A DNA stretch of 64,000 bases, taken from positions 1-64,000 of the forward strand of contig JAAILG010000605.1 in NCBI GenBank assembly GCA_012026655.1. The letters run 5' to 3'. The translations under genes and the position numbers were made by a program. Under the pieces are notes generated by a model. That model was not told the DNA's origin. It did no database searches and saw only the letters and a list, made by a program, of their open reading frames with translations. This stretch comes from Hydrolagus affinis (lineage: Eukaryota). Positions 50,846 to 62,512 of the stretch are shown one piece after another; the first letter of the stretch is position 1, and each line of letters opens with the position of its first letter.

Positions 50846-52539
50846 AAAGAATAAAAGGTGCTGGTTGGCAAGAGCCAAAGCTTGGGGACCCCAGTTTGTG
50901 TGTTTCAGTATTGCTGGAATTTAACCAGCTAAAGCGGTATAGCGTGCATTGAACTCACTGTTCGGCAAGCTTTCCATTGCTTGTCCAGCTGGGATCATGC
51001 CAGACATTGGGAATTTAGCTTGCATGTTTGTTCCAAGTGGGAAGAACTCCGCACCCAGTGATTGGTCTGCCCCTCAAAGTCTTGCCAATGAGCCAGACTG
51101 GTTGTTTATCATCAACAGTGCCCTGGATCACTGTGTGCCTGCCTAGTTCAGGAACTGGACTACAATGACTGCCACAGAGGATTGACTCTTATTTCCCCTA
51201 CACTTTATACCGTAGTAGTATTTTTCCTAGAAAGTTTAGACTTGTCCCTTCAACCCCCCTACACTCTCTAGTGGTAGCCAGGAGAATAGCATCAGCTAGT
51301 TGGATGGGTTATGAGAGCTCCCTTCAGCAAAGGAGAACACTAATCTCTGCTGGAACACAAATTCTTACAGCTGAAATGTTGAAAGTCACAGCGCATTTGG
51401 AAACTTGTAAAAAATGTTCCCTGAAGAAATGCTAATACATCTGTTCACATTATCTTTCCCTCGGGACACTTATAAAACTTTACTATAAACCTCAAACTAG
51501 CCCATTGAAATCATTTGCACTTTAGTTTAAACCATGAAAATGGTTGTGCTAGTATCTGTGAGCCAGCTTTATTCTCACTTGTTGCAAAAAGTGTCTGCTT
51601 TGAGTTCTTCAAACAAATATCATGATTGAAAACATTGCTTCGAAAGTCTAAAAAATCAGGATCATGAAAGGTAGGTCATATCTACCAAACGTAATAGACA
51701 TCTTTGAGAATGTAATGAAAATAATAGATGTAGCTGAGTTAATGAATATATATAATGAATACCATATATATTGACTTTCAAGTGGAGTTGTTAAAGTCCT
51801 TTATGATAGCATGACAAACAATGTCACCTACAAACAGGAAATCCATGCTAGGCAGTAGTAGGGTACCATAGACTTCACTGTGATATTATTTCCAGAAAAT
51901 TATTGCAAAGCATTCTGCAAAGATCCTATCTAGTAACCCGGTAAAAACACAAACTAAACCAATCACACTTGTGGCTGAGGATCTGATAAAATAAAATAAT
52001 CTTTTCAGGATTGCTCTCAAATCCAAGAATAATATTCTCCGAATTTAAAGTCAATAGCTTAAAAGTGACTTTGTTTGTTGTTCGACTCTTTTCTTGAAAC
52101 AAGTCCATTGAAGTTGGAGCGAGATAAGAACTTTCAAGTTTATTTTTATTGCTATTAATTAGCATTTCGGAGACAAATATATTTTAACTTTCCTTTTACC
52201 CCAAAAAAAATTTAAGTGGGAAGAATGGTAGAGGCAAATAACCCCTCCAGTTAACAAGCTTTATTCGGAGTCTCAATGCAAGATAGTTTCGACCACAAAA
52301 TATAACCCTAAGGATGGAGGTCAATTTGCTTTAGTTTGGCACTTTGAGACACGATGCAGTACTGTATTAAATGCAGGATTATTATAGTTTAAATTTTAGA
52401 TGATTTTGGAGGGTGAGGTTGTGGAATCACATTATTGTATTTACCATTTTGCTGGCAAACATAGGCCTTGCAAGGATGTGCTCTGCCCTCAGAGAGTGAG
52501 GCAAAGGCGTGATTACAGAATTGTAATTGAACACTAATT

Positions 52540-53133
52540 ATTAGTAATAATGATCCTTATATTTGATACAGTGCTGGATCATGTTGTTGAGATATATCAA
52601 AGTGCTTCACAGAATACACTGTAGAGTGACAGTATTTTGTGGGTGGATCACAGCAGCTAACTATGCACAGTGGTGTCTAACAAACTGTCATGAACTGAGT
52701 AACCTAACAATTTTTTTGAGGGGTGGGAGAGATTATTTTATTCCCTCCCTCTCCCCCCTTACCCTCTTTTCCCCCTTTCTCCCCTGGTCCCACTTCCACG
52801 ACTATTTGTGGGACACTGCTTGGCTCAATTTGGCTGCCACATTTCGCCCACAAATATACAGTCGGTTTTCCTGCTCTCCTTCCCCCTCCCCTGACCCCTC
52901 GCCTTACCCTCTTTCCCCCCTTTCTCCCCTAACCCCACTTCCACGACTGTTTTTGGGACACTGTTGTGTGCAATTTGGCTGCCACGTTCCGCCCACAAAT
53001 ATTCAATCAATTTTCCTACTCTCCTTCCCCCTACCCTGACCCTGCTCTGGTCCCTACCTGACTGTTCTGCGCCTTGGGACGTCCTCCCGACATGAAAGGC
53101 GCTATATTAATGTAATTTTAATTTATTATTATT
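52540..53133. mobile_element. Minus-strand SINE fragment (52540-52690), then a tandem-duplicated pyrimidine-rich/SINE-core unit (about 52757-52900 and 52902-53043) ending in an L2 variant-B tail
   Basis: CCTTACCCTCTTT..CCACTTCCACGACT.TTT..GGGACACTG..TTTGGCTGCCAC.TT.CGCCCACAAATAT..TTTTCCT.CTCTCCTTCCCC..CCCTGACCC occurs twice. Confidence 0.8.
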
Positions 53134-54283
53134 ACCCTCAGAAAGTGATACGCCAATCGACTAACAATTTGTTATTAGATTTTCATTTGGAATGTTCTTG
53201 CTCAGTTGTTTTGATGTCACTATGCTCTTCAGTCTATTGCAAACTAGATTTCAGTGATATAACTAATAAACATTTCTTTCAACACCAATAACCCAGGGAG
53301 CTCAAATGTTTGCTTCAAGTGTGTTTTGTATGTGCTTACTTCAGAAGAACATAGAAAACAGCTCTTCCAATGGACAAGAGAATAATTGAATTGTTTGACA
53401 TAGCAATAAGTGGGTTTGTACTATGATTACAGAATCAATCTGTAAGCAGTTCATCTTTAAGTATAGTTACTGTCAATCCCAAGGCTTCACTGTGTCTCTG
53501 AGTTTCCTTCTTACTCCACATGGCTCTAAACCCAACCAACCTTCCATCAGAGCTATACTTGGAATGATTTAGTCTCTTAGTTTCTTGGAAGAAATCCAGC
53601 AATATCCGAATTAAATGGCTAAATGTTTCACTGTGGCATATCTCTAAGATACTGAAAAAAATATTTTTGACAAAATACTGCTGATCTTAGTAGCTACCAG
53701 GGGATTCACATAGGGCAGCTAGTCATTATATATAACTGTGTCTTTGTTATACGTTTATGAACAGAGTTTTTAGAATGGGAATGAAAGCCTAGACTTATGA
53801 TTGGTAAAATTGTAACACTTTGCTACTGTATATACAGCATGTTGTGATCAGCAATTTGCAAAATAAGTTGCAGAGGATGTGGTCATTGTTAACATGTGGA
53901 CATACAGTACATCAAACACAAACTGGAATGAAAAAGCAATTTGCTTGGGATTATTTGCTACCTTATTGCTGTGAAGCCAAACTAATGCCTCAGAATTGAA
54001 AACACCATATGATACATTTTAAATTGTGAACCCTATGAAAACATTTTTACTTTAACAAATAACAATAACTAGTATTAGAGAATATTTTAAAACTAATCGG
54101 ATGTTTAACCTCTTTGAAATGGCAATTTAGTAATTGTGAAGTTATCGAGAAGTCTGAAGATGCATGTTTTACCCCTCCATGGGATTCTTACCAGATTCTG
54201 GAACAATAAAGGTAAAAGATGGAGGCTGTAAATGCCATTCACAACCGTAAATGCAGTAGGAATATAGAAAAGCACAGAATGAG

Positions 54284-54364
54284 AAGAGAACATTTGCCTC
54301 AATGATAACAGAGACCATGTACAAAAGAGAACATTTGTTCGATGACAACACAGACCATGTACAA
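54284..54364. repeat. Tandem duplication of about 41 bp (2 copies)
   Basis: AAGAGAACATTTG..ATGA.AACA.AGACCATGTACAA occurs twice. Confidence 0.85.
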
Positions 54365-54734
54365 TTTGTTCCACCACAAAGCTTTGATGTAATTCTATGG
54401 CCTTACCCTCAGTACTTTCAGCAAAATTGTCAATAGGATGGGCATGCTACTCTGATCCTCAGCATTATTAGCACTACTCGTACTCACACATTCATGTGAA
54501 CACAGACTGCACGATTGTCCAGCTAAACAAACCAGTTGCTTATTCTATTGCCATCTGTTTAGTAAAGGGTTTTTCATCCTTAGCTTTGAGTTTACCCAAC
54601 AATCAAAATGCCTGTCTATTTAGGTCATTTGGACAACGGTTCTTGCAATTGTCCTAAAATGTTTTATCCCAGCTTTGGGATTTACTGAGCGTCTATTAAT
54701 AGGTTTTGTAAAAAAAATTAATTGATTACTTCAT

Positions 54735-55146
54735 CATCCACAACTGTTTGTGGGACACTGTTGTGTACAACTGGCTGCCTCGTTTCACCCACAAAATATA
54801 CGTCAAGTCACATTACAGTATATTCAGTGAAGTGCTTTGAGACATGATAATGTACCCTATCAGATGCAAGGATTATTATTATTATATATTAGTATTTACC
54901 AATGTGTCATTTACAAGAAGTGTCACTCAGAACACACTGGAGATCAAAGTTGTGAGATTTTCAAAAGCATTTGTAGGCATGGAATCTGGAACTCCACCCC
55001 TGCCAGGCTTTGAGGCCACAATCCCCAAGGATTTTGGAGCACTTTGAGACGCTCAGAGACACTCAGAGACGCTGAGACGCTCTGAGACACCTAAGCGCTC
55101 TGAGACGGCATGGAGGGCGCTATATAAATCAAAGTTGTTGTTGTTG
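54735..55146 (+). mobile_element. SINE 3' half (54735-54885) and an L2 variant-C tail with an internally reiterated CTCTGAGACG unit (55038-55146)
   Basis: Family motifs, and about six GAGAC units before GGAGGGCGCTATATAAATCAAA(GTT)n. Confidence 0.8.
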
Positions 55147-56914
55147 AGACACATTTATCTGGTTATCTACAGGATTCCCTATTTACAAATCTTTTGTGAA
55201 TCTTGCAATTTAGATCTCACCAAACTGTAGTGAAATAGCAAACAGTACTCGTGGTTGGCCCCAATGACCCATGTGAATGTAAAAGCAGAACCACACCAGA
55301 TAATCCATTCATGAGAAACATGCTTTAAGCATTGTAACCACAATTATGTCATTTGTTCTTGAATGTTTTGGGAATGGTAATACTATATCTTACATGGTAA
55401 GATGAGTCTGTGAAATGACATTACCTCATGGCTGGGAGTCTTTTGTGAAACATGAGGTGCATTGAGAACCCTGTGAATTCCAAACTCCAATGGGAAAGAT
55501 TATGTGAGCCGTTCAACTTGTATGTCATTCCAGAAAAGCTCTGTTCCAATCTTCAAAACAGTCAACCTCTATGTTATGGAATGCTACGATTAACAGACTG
55601 TGAATTTGGGGGTATGCAATCTTTCATATATATCCTCTCCGGATATCAATAATGTAATGTAGACATTTTCACGGTAATGTTTGCTTTATTAATGTACATT
55701 GTAGGTCACTGCTTCAATTCGATCCTATTGCAATCACATTGACACTTCGGAGTGCTTGTAAAAACAGATATGCATCGAAGTATATTGTAGAATCTGAGAA
55801 AATTTGCAGTACTGAAAAAGTCTCTTTAACCAGATGTCAAATCGCCCACATACATTTGAGTAGAATTTGCGTTTGCAACAGTACTTACTTACACTCAGAG
55901 ATTTGATAGATCAACAACAGGGTGAGTTACTGCCAAATAATCAACAGGCTAAGTGTTGAAGCCACCTAGTGGACTTTCTATTCTATTACAATGGACACTG
56001 TGGTTCCAGTTGAAATAACTTGATTTATTTTCTGCACCTGACTATTCAGTGGACTTCAATTTTCAGATTACAATAATCTTAGCTGGAGGATTTTATTATG
56101 AAACAGTCACAAAATATGAAATATACCTAAAAATATATTAAGACATAGATACACATACAAGACGTGGAGTAGCAGAAGACCTGGAATTTCATTCTGATCA
56201 TGGTACCTGGACTTCGCCTACAACGCCAGGACTGTGACGAGAAATGTTAGTGGCCTGAATGGATTGAATTGATATGCCCTTCAAGTAAGAAGATGTGGTA
56301 CATTTAACGGGAATAGCCACTGAGGGTTGAAATCAGAACCAGAGTTGCGCTCAGGCACAAAATATTAGTGCACAAAACTCCAGTCAATGTAAGCCTGTGG
56401 GGCTCAGCTCCATTGTTCAATGGACAAGGCAGCATACGAATAACATTAAAATGTGGCCTTTTTCAGATTGTATGGCAAGCTGCACAGTTGCTTCCCATTA
56501 ATTAGCATTTCCTTCAATAAATCTTGGTTCATTTAAGTTGTGGTTTATGCCAAACAAATTCCAAGGCCAAACAATGTGATTGTTGGCTTCAAAATACATT
56601 GCAAACCATGCACGTTAGAAACTCATGTTCCAATGAGTTTAAAAGAAAAACATCCACCTGGCTGCAATCTTCTATTGCAGCAACAGATTCAGCAACCTAC
56701 AGGGACAGTAACAAGCCACTACTTTGTATTTTGTGGGCAAAATGCTCAGTTTCTATGTGAATCCTGTGAAGAGCTTTGAGATATCCTCCCATTGTGAAAG
56801 GAGCTAGATCAAGTGCAAGAATTATTTATTATACTAAATTGACAGTAAATAGTAAAATCAGAGCGCACAGCCTGCGATGTGGGTGTGAATTCAGAACAAA
56901 TCTATGGAAACACT

Positions 56915-57128
56915 ATTCTGGTGAGCGAATAGTGAATCTGTAGAACAGGCTCCCTATGGAGACGGTTGAAGCAGGAATACAGATTAGATAGTTTTCGTTT
57001 AGGAAATAACATTGTGGGATATAGTACATACTCAGTTTGGGAAATATGTGCATGCGACCGCCAGGAAGGTGGCAGGTGAACTAGATGGACCTTGTCTTTT
57101 TTTTGTCTAGCATTTCTTAAGTTCTTAA
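56915..57128 (+). mobile_element. CR1 LINE 3' end
   Basis: GAGCGAATAGTGAATCTGTAGAACAGGCTCCCT (ERIVNL*NRLP) ... GAACTAGATGGACC..TTTCTTAAGTTCTTA. Confidence 0.7.
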
Positions 57129-57129
57129 A

Positions 57130-57381
57130 TCCTCCACTCCACCCTCAGCGGCCATGCCTTTAGCCACTACGCCCCGAGGCTCTGGAACTCCCTTCCTCAC
57201 TCGCTTCGCCCCCTCTCTTCCCAGTTTCACGTCACAGTTGAAGACCTTTCTCTTCGACCAAGCTTTTGGTCACCTTCCTGCCCCTGCCCCTGGCTCGGTC
57301 CCGGGATCCGCTACTGTGAAGCACTCTGAGACGCTGTCTGGCGTGGAGGGCGCTATATAAATCAAAGTTGTTGTTGTTGTT
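57130..57381 (+). mobile_element. L2 LINE 3' end (ORF2 C-terminus plus tail variant C)
   Basis: Frame GHAFSHYAPRLWNSLPHSLRPSLPSFTSQLKTFLFDQAFGH, then the hairpin tail and (GTT)n. Confidence 0.9.
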
Positions 57382-59787
57382 ATATTTAAGTTGTGAAGCA
57401 GTTAAAGGAATAGACATGATGGTTTTCATCATATGTTCCACACTGATACAAATGTATGTAAACAATCACATGGGTTACTTACCATAGCGGAATTTATGCG
57501 CACCATTTCTGCATAGAACTACATTCACATTTAAATACTTAATTCCTTAACACCCATTTAATTGGATCATGTTAGTTTCATAAGCAACAAGAGTTATGAA
57601 GTCAATAGTTTTACAACTCTCTTTTGTACTTTCTTGTTTTCAGTTCAAGCTATTTTATATATTTTTATATTAATAAGTATCATTAAAATGAGCATTTGAT
57701 TGAAGTTGCTTTTCATTTTGCAGCATGCAATTTAGTAAAATTATTAGGAAGACACAAGAATCGAAATATCCCTGTCCAGACCTGCACATTGCAGTTTTAG
57801 TTATCATTCTTTTGCTTTGATATCACAAATCTGAATTTAAAAAAATTTAAAAATGTAATTTTTTTTTATTTCTCCAGAACAACCGCAAGTGATTTGATAC
57901 TAAGCCTGGACCTCTTAGTATACACGTTACGTACATTGAAGTAAATAAACAAGAAACAGATTCCCAGTTGTGTTTTTATTAAAAACTGAGCAACGGAGCC
58001 AACACAGATAGAGGATATCGAAAGCTTCATCAAAATTTGTGCTGGTCAATCATGGAATGATAATAAATCAAGAGTAAAGTTAGCCAGAGGTTTCAGTTCC
58101 GAGCACCATGCAGCAACATTCTGATTTTGAGGTGATTGACCCAGCCCGACTCAGAGAATGTTAAATTCATATTTTTGACACTATGCAATGATTAAATATT
58201 AATCCTTGTACAGTATTTGGCATGGTGTAATGTGGAGCTCGGATCCACAACCTTCGGCGGTGAGAGTATGACCACCGAACCAGGCTGACATGGACGTAGT
58301 AAATAATGAGGTACAGGAGTTAGTTTTATTGTAAACAAGGTTTTATTTTTTTACCTTTTTAAAGTAGAACAGAAATATTAAGGTATTATGCAAATCCTAT
58401 CCACTTAATGCAAAAAATGAAGCAAAAGTAGCAAAAATAGTTCTTTGGCAAGGCAAAAATATTAAACGTTTGGATTCTGCAATTTGGTTACTTTAAAAGA
58501 ATGCAGCAACCTAACAAAATGCAAGAACAATGCAAATGGCAAGCTTCCAGTTGCAATTCAACTTATACAGTTTGACGTTGGATGGCAAACGCTATTAAGT
58601 CCCCATTTAATCAGTACAAATGGTTCTCGATTACACAAAGGTGGCATTACAGTCAAGGGGCCATCATTCTACTTTGGAATTAATTAGCTCACAATCCTAT
58701 GCTAATCACCACTATTCAGCACTGACACACAGGTTACTAGCAAAACGGAATTAAACATTAATGGAGGCACCCACGTTGGTTGTAGCTGAACTTGACTGAA
58801 GTACAAATCTGTCTGTCAAATTCAATTACTGCTGTAGAACGACCAGTACATTTCATACTCACTTATATCCATTTTATAGGGAAGGAACTTCGAATTTTGG
58901 TACTAACCAAAACTCAGACATGAGTAAGTTCTCAATCAGATAAAAACGAAGCACTGTCAACGGTAATAAGCTTACAGTTTCATAATGCAGCTTCTGACCC
59001 ACTCAGCTAATTACACAGCTTTTCCCCTAACTGTGAAGGGATGTCTGCCATTCATTGAATGTTTCAAACAATCTTAACCTATCTGAAGAGTGGAAATACA
59101 CTGATGCAAGATTTGGGATCTAAAATGCGTTGAACCTTGAGATTCGCAGAGTCGAGAACTGAGCCAAGAGCAGAAATACAATTGAAAATAGCAAAGCATT
59201 CTTAAACCCAATTCTCATAGAGCTGAAGAAAGATTATTGAGAATACCACAGTGATGAGATTGGGTAAACCCAATACTACAAGAATAAAAACAAACCTGAC
59301 TGGTTTGTAATTCTTGGTTGCGCTGGAGGGTTATATTTCAGGGGGAGAAATTCAGCAGAACTACTCCATTTCATTTTGAAATATTATTAAGAAATAAATG
59401 ATAGAAACCCACACCCATGCATTGATTGACCCAATACACTCCACCACACCATTCATCCTACCTATAATTTAGTAGTTTAGTATTGATCTGGGATTCCATT
59501 GCATCAGGAGTTGAATCTTAATTTTTTTTTAATTGCAGTCATGTTCATATCAATGCAATTTGGAGGAACGTTTGGCCCATTATGTATTAATAGACTTTAT
59601 GGGTAGGAATTCTGGATAAACAGCAGATTCAAATGGTGCTGGATGTACGGAAACTTTACCAAACTCTTACGACACGGTTTGCATTGATTCAACTTAATAT
59701 AAATGAAGTCAACTTAGGAACTGTACAATTACAGCAAATATATTGGAAGACACCTTGTGAATCAGACCTGACCAATTGGAGGACAAA

Positions 59788-59793
59788 TTTATT
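59788..59793 (-). promoter_or_regulatory. Candidate CERS3 polyadenylation signal AATAAA
   Basis: First AATAAA that I located on the minus strand after the stop, about 270 nt downstream. Further candidates lie near 58325 and 57975. Confidence 0.3.
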
Positions 59794-60059
59794 GTAACAA
59801 AATGAATACTTCATTGGGCAAATATTTACTGATCACATTTACAATGTTTCCCTAAATCAATGCAGTATATTGACTATGATTGAACACAGTAGCAGTCACT
59901 AACTAGTATGGGTCACATGCCAACACCACTGTTGCAGGCCTAATAAGTACATAAAATCTGATTTTTTTTTCTTGAGTTTTCTTCAGTTTGCAGATATTGC
60001 TCTCAGATCTAATTGCACTTTCTTATTGATGCAACAAGAAGCTGTGGAAGGACGCGTTC

Positions 60060-60188
60060 TCAGTTTTTATGTTCATGCTGCCCGATCTTAAGCGGACGAC
60101 TGTTCAATCCAGTGCCGTTCTTTAGGCTCTCCTCTTCATCATCACTCATATCACACTCTTCTTGATCACTCCTGTCATCTCCATCCAG
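60060..60188 (-). CDS. CERS3: Ceramide synthase 3 terminal coding exon (LDGDDRSDQEECDMSDDEEESLKNGTGLNSRPLKIGQHEHKN*)
   Basis: Acceptor TTTCTTTCAG. CerS C-terminal DxRSDxE motif followed by an acidic tract, then LKNG...GQH resembling the human CERS3 C-terminus. CERS3 lies directly upstream of ADAMTS17 on the same strand in human. Upstream exons were not found in the window. Confidence 0.85.
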   Translation of the reverse strand: MDGDDRSDQEECDMSDDEEESLKNGTGLNSRPLKIGQHEHKN

Positions 60189-60240
60189 CTGAAAGAAAGT
60201 TAACAGTCTTGATGCAGGCTTAGCAATTTTGTTCTGTTAA

Positions 60241-60342
60241 AAGAGGCATTTCAAATTCTGAATGGATTTGATAAGGTGGATGATGATGATCAGTTTCCAC
60301 TTGTTGCCAAGTCTAAAACTCGAAGGCATAATTAAAAGATAG
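60241..60342 (+). mobile_element. Decayed CR1 ORF2 fragment in the last CERS3 intron
   Basis: EAFQILNGFDKVD...FPLVAKSKTRRHN*KI. Confidence 0.65.
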
Positions 60343-62409
60343 CTGAAAAGGTAACAACCGAAAATGTGCTTTGGTTCCAGACCGCAGGCAGGAATTACTC
60401 AACTGATTATTTAAGTAATTATAAAGGTATTCTTAAGAGCCAGTTCCTCTTTACTCAATTGGTGAAGCTACTAAGGCTGAACTCCTGACATGCACCATTT
60501 TTCAGTCAAGTCAAAAGGACTGAATGGAATTTCAGTGATGGATTGTCCATTAAGAGCAGTCAAACTCCAAATAATGTAGAAACATGCAATATATTTTCAA
60601 CCAAATAATGACTGGGAAGGTCTCCAAAATGATGGCATGCGTTTCACTTTGGCCTACTGCACTGATACTGTACATACATGTAGAGTACAAATACGTTTTG
60701 GATCGAGCATTAAAAAAAAACTTTCTGGGGAATTTGCAAGCCAGACATTTCTGTTTACAAACAATGCAGTTAGATAGGATCCTCAGTACCAATGCCAGAC
60801 AGTAAAGCTGCCAAGATGGTAACATTGGCATACCTCCAAAAATGTGATCTTCATATAACAGTTTTATAATAACTAGATTTTTTTGTCCCTCTATCTCATG
60901 AGATTTTATCAGGTAGTTATTCAGGTAGCATCAAGTAGTGAGGATTACAACCAACAACGAGAAAAATGTAGACCACAAAATACTGCTTTTACAGTATTCA
61001 TCATCAGGTCCTAGAGTTGCTTAATTAACCAAAAAATCCATCATGAATGGTTGGGAAGTTGGTACTAATCCTACCGTCTTAGAATACGTTAATATTATCA
61101 CATGATCTAGTTCAGAGTAGAATTCATGACTATTATTTCAATAAGATTTTGCATTAGTGGATGGAGCCAATTAAAGCATAAGCCTATTGCTTCATGCTTA
61201 ATTAATTAGTTCTTAGCCCCTTAGGGTTTACTGAATCATTCATTCTAGGTTTCTTGTGTGACACAATTCTAGTCATCCTTTGTAGCATATAGGCTTCGTT
61301 CTGTAATAGAAAATCAAAGCATGAATATTTTATATTTATTTGATGAATGAATACTAACTTCAGATATCTGAAGTGAAACATTTCTAAGTGAATAGCCAAG
61401 CAAGATTTCTTTGAACTGGACTTTTTAAAAACATGGGGAATGGTGGTTTCTTAATCTTTGTCTTTCAGTATTAAATGCTCTTTGAAGCCCACAGTAGCCC
61501 TTTCTTCATTAAACTCACCAGTTTAGTCTAAGCTCAGGATCCCAGCTCACACCAATTACTCACACCATTTGGGTGAGTTCGGAGATGTTCAGCCACTGAA
61601 ATCCCATTGTTCATCTTCGTGAAAATAATTAACAAGCTTTTGAATTCCACACAAGATTTAGTAGGTTCACTTCTCAGTTTCTTTTCCCTTGCAAACCCAC
61701 CGAAAAAAAACATTTGAATAACAACAGAATTACACATTTAATTCCTGAAGTGGCTGGTTTTCTGAACAAGATACATCAGTTCTAGTGACAAATTATGTCA
61801 TCTAGGACATTCATTGAACCGTAAAATATATTGTAGACCCAGTGAGTAATGTTTAAGCTGGGAATCAAAATACTGATCACATCACGAGCATAATTCCCAG
61901 GAAAACTAATGTTGCCAACCATATTAAAGATAAATAGAAAATGGAATTTCTAAGATTTTGTTTATATGTGATTTTTTTTTAAAAAGTTATAGCAAGATGG
62001 TCTGAACAGTGGCATTCTCCGTGTTAACCATATCACAAGCTCTGCTTCAGTGAGGCAATGGTGATATTCTTTCTGCACGTGGGACAACCTTGCCAACATC
62101 AGCCAGTAGGTGCCTAAATCACCCTTCCTAGTGATAAAATGGACGCATTCAGAGCATGTACAGTATCAATCCAGTGAGCAAACAATTACACAAAGGTGTG
62201 CATGGGGGAAAAAGTATCATTTACAACACATCAACATGCCATCAGTAAAAACATACAAAAGACTCTGCACATCTTTAAAAGGTTAATACTTCAGTTGCAA
62301 TGGCTACAAGTTTCTCAGTACGAACTTGTATACTAAGAGGCAGTATTTGGGAGGCGAGGAGATCTACGATATTCTCCAGCTTTCACATTTACATTTGTCC
62401 CTCACATGC

Positions 62410-62512
62410 TCATAACATTTGTTTGGTGCCTTTTCACGTCGGAGACATCTCGAAGTGCTTCACAGTACAGTATATACTGTAAAGTGATGAGTCTGGTGTG
62501 TTGTGGGCAAAC
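62410..62512 (-). mobile_element. SINE 3' fragment
   Basis: GCCTTTTCACGTCGGAGACATCTCGAAGTGCTTCACAG..ACTGTAAAGTG. Confidence 0.7.

Noticed and set aside
51926-52165. Possible decayed L1/Tx1 ORF2 C-terminus (LNSENIILG)
   Set aside because: The similarity is too weak to support without a search.
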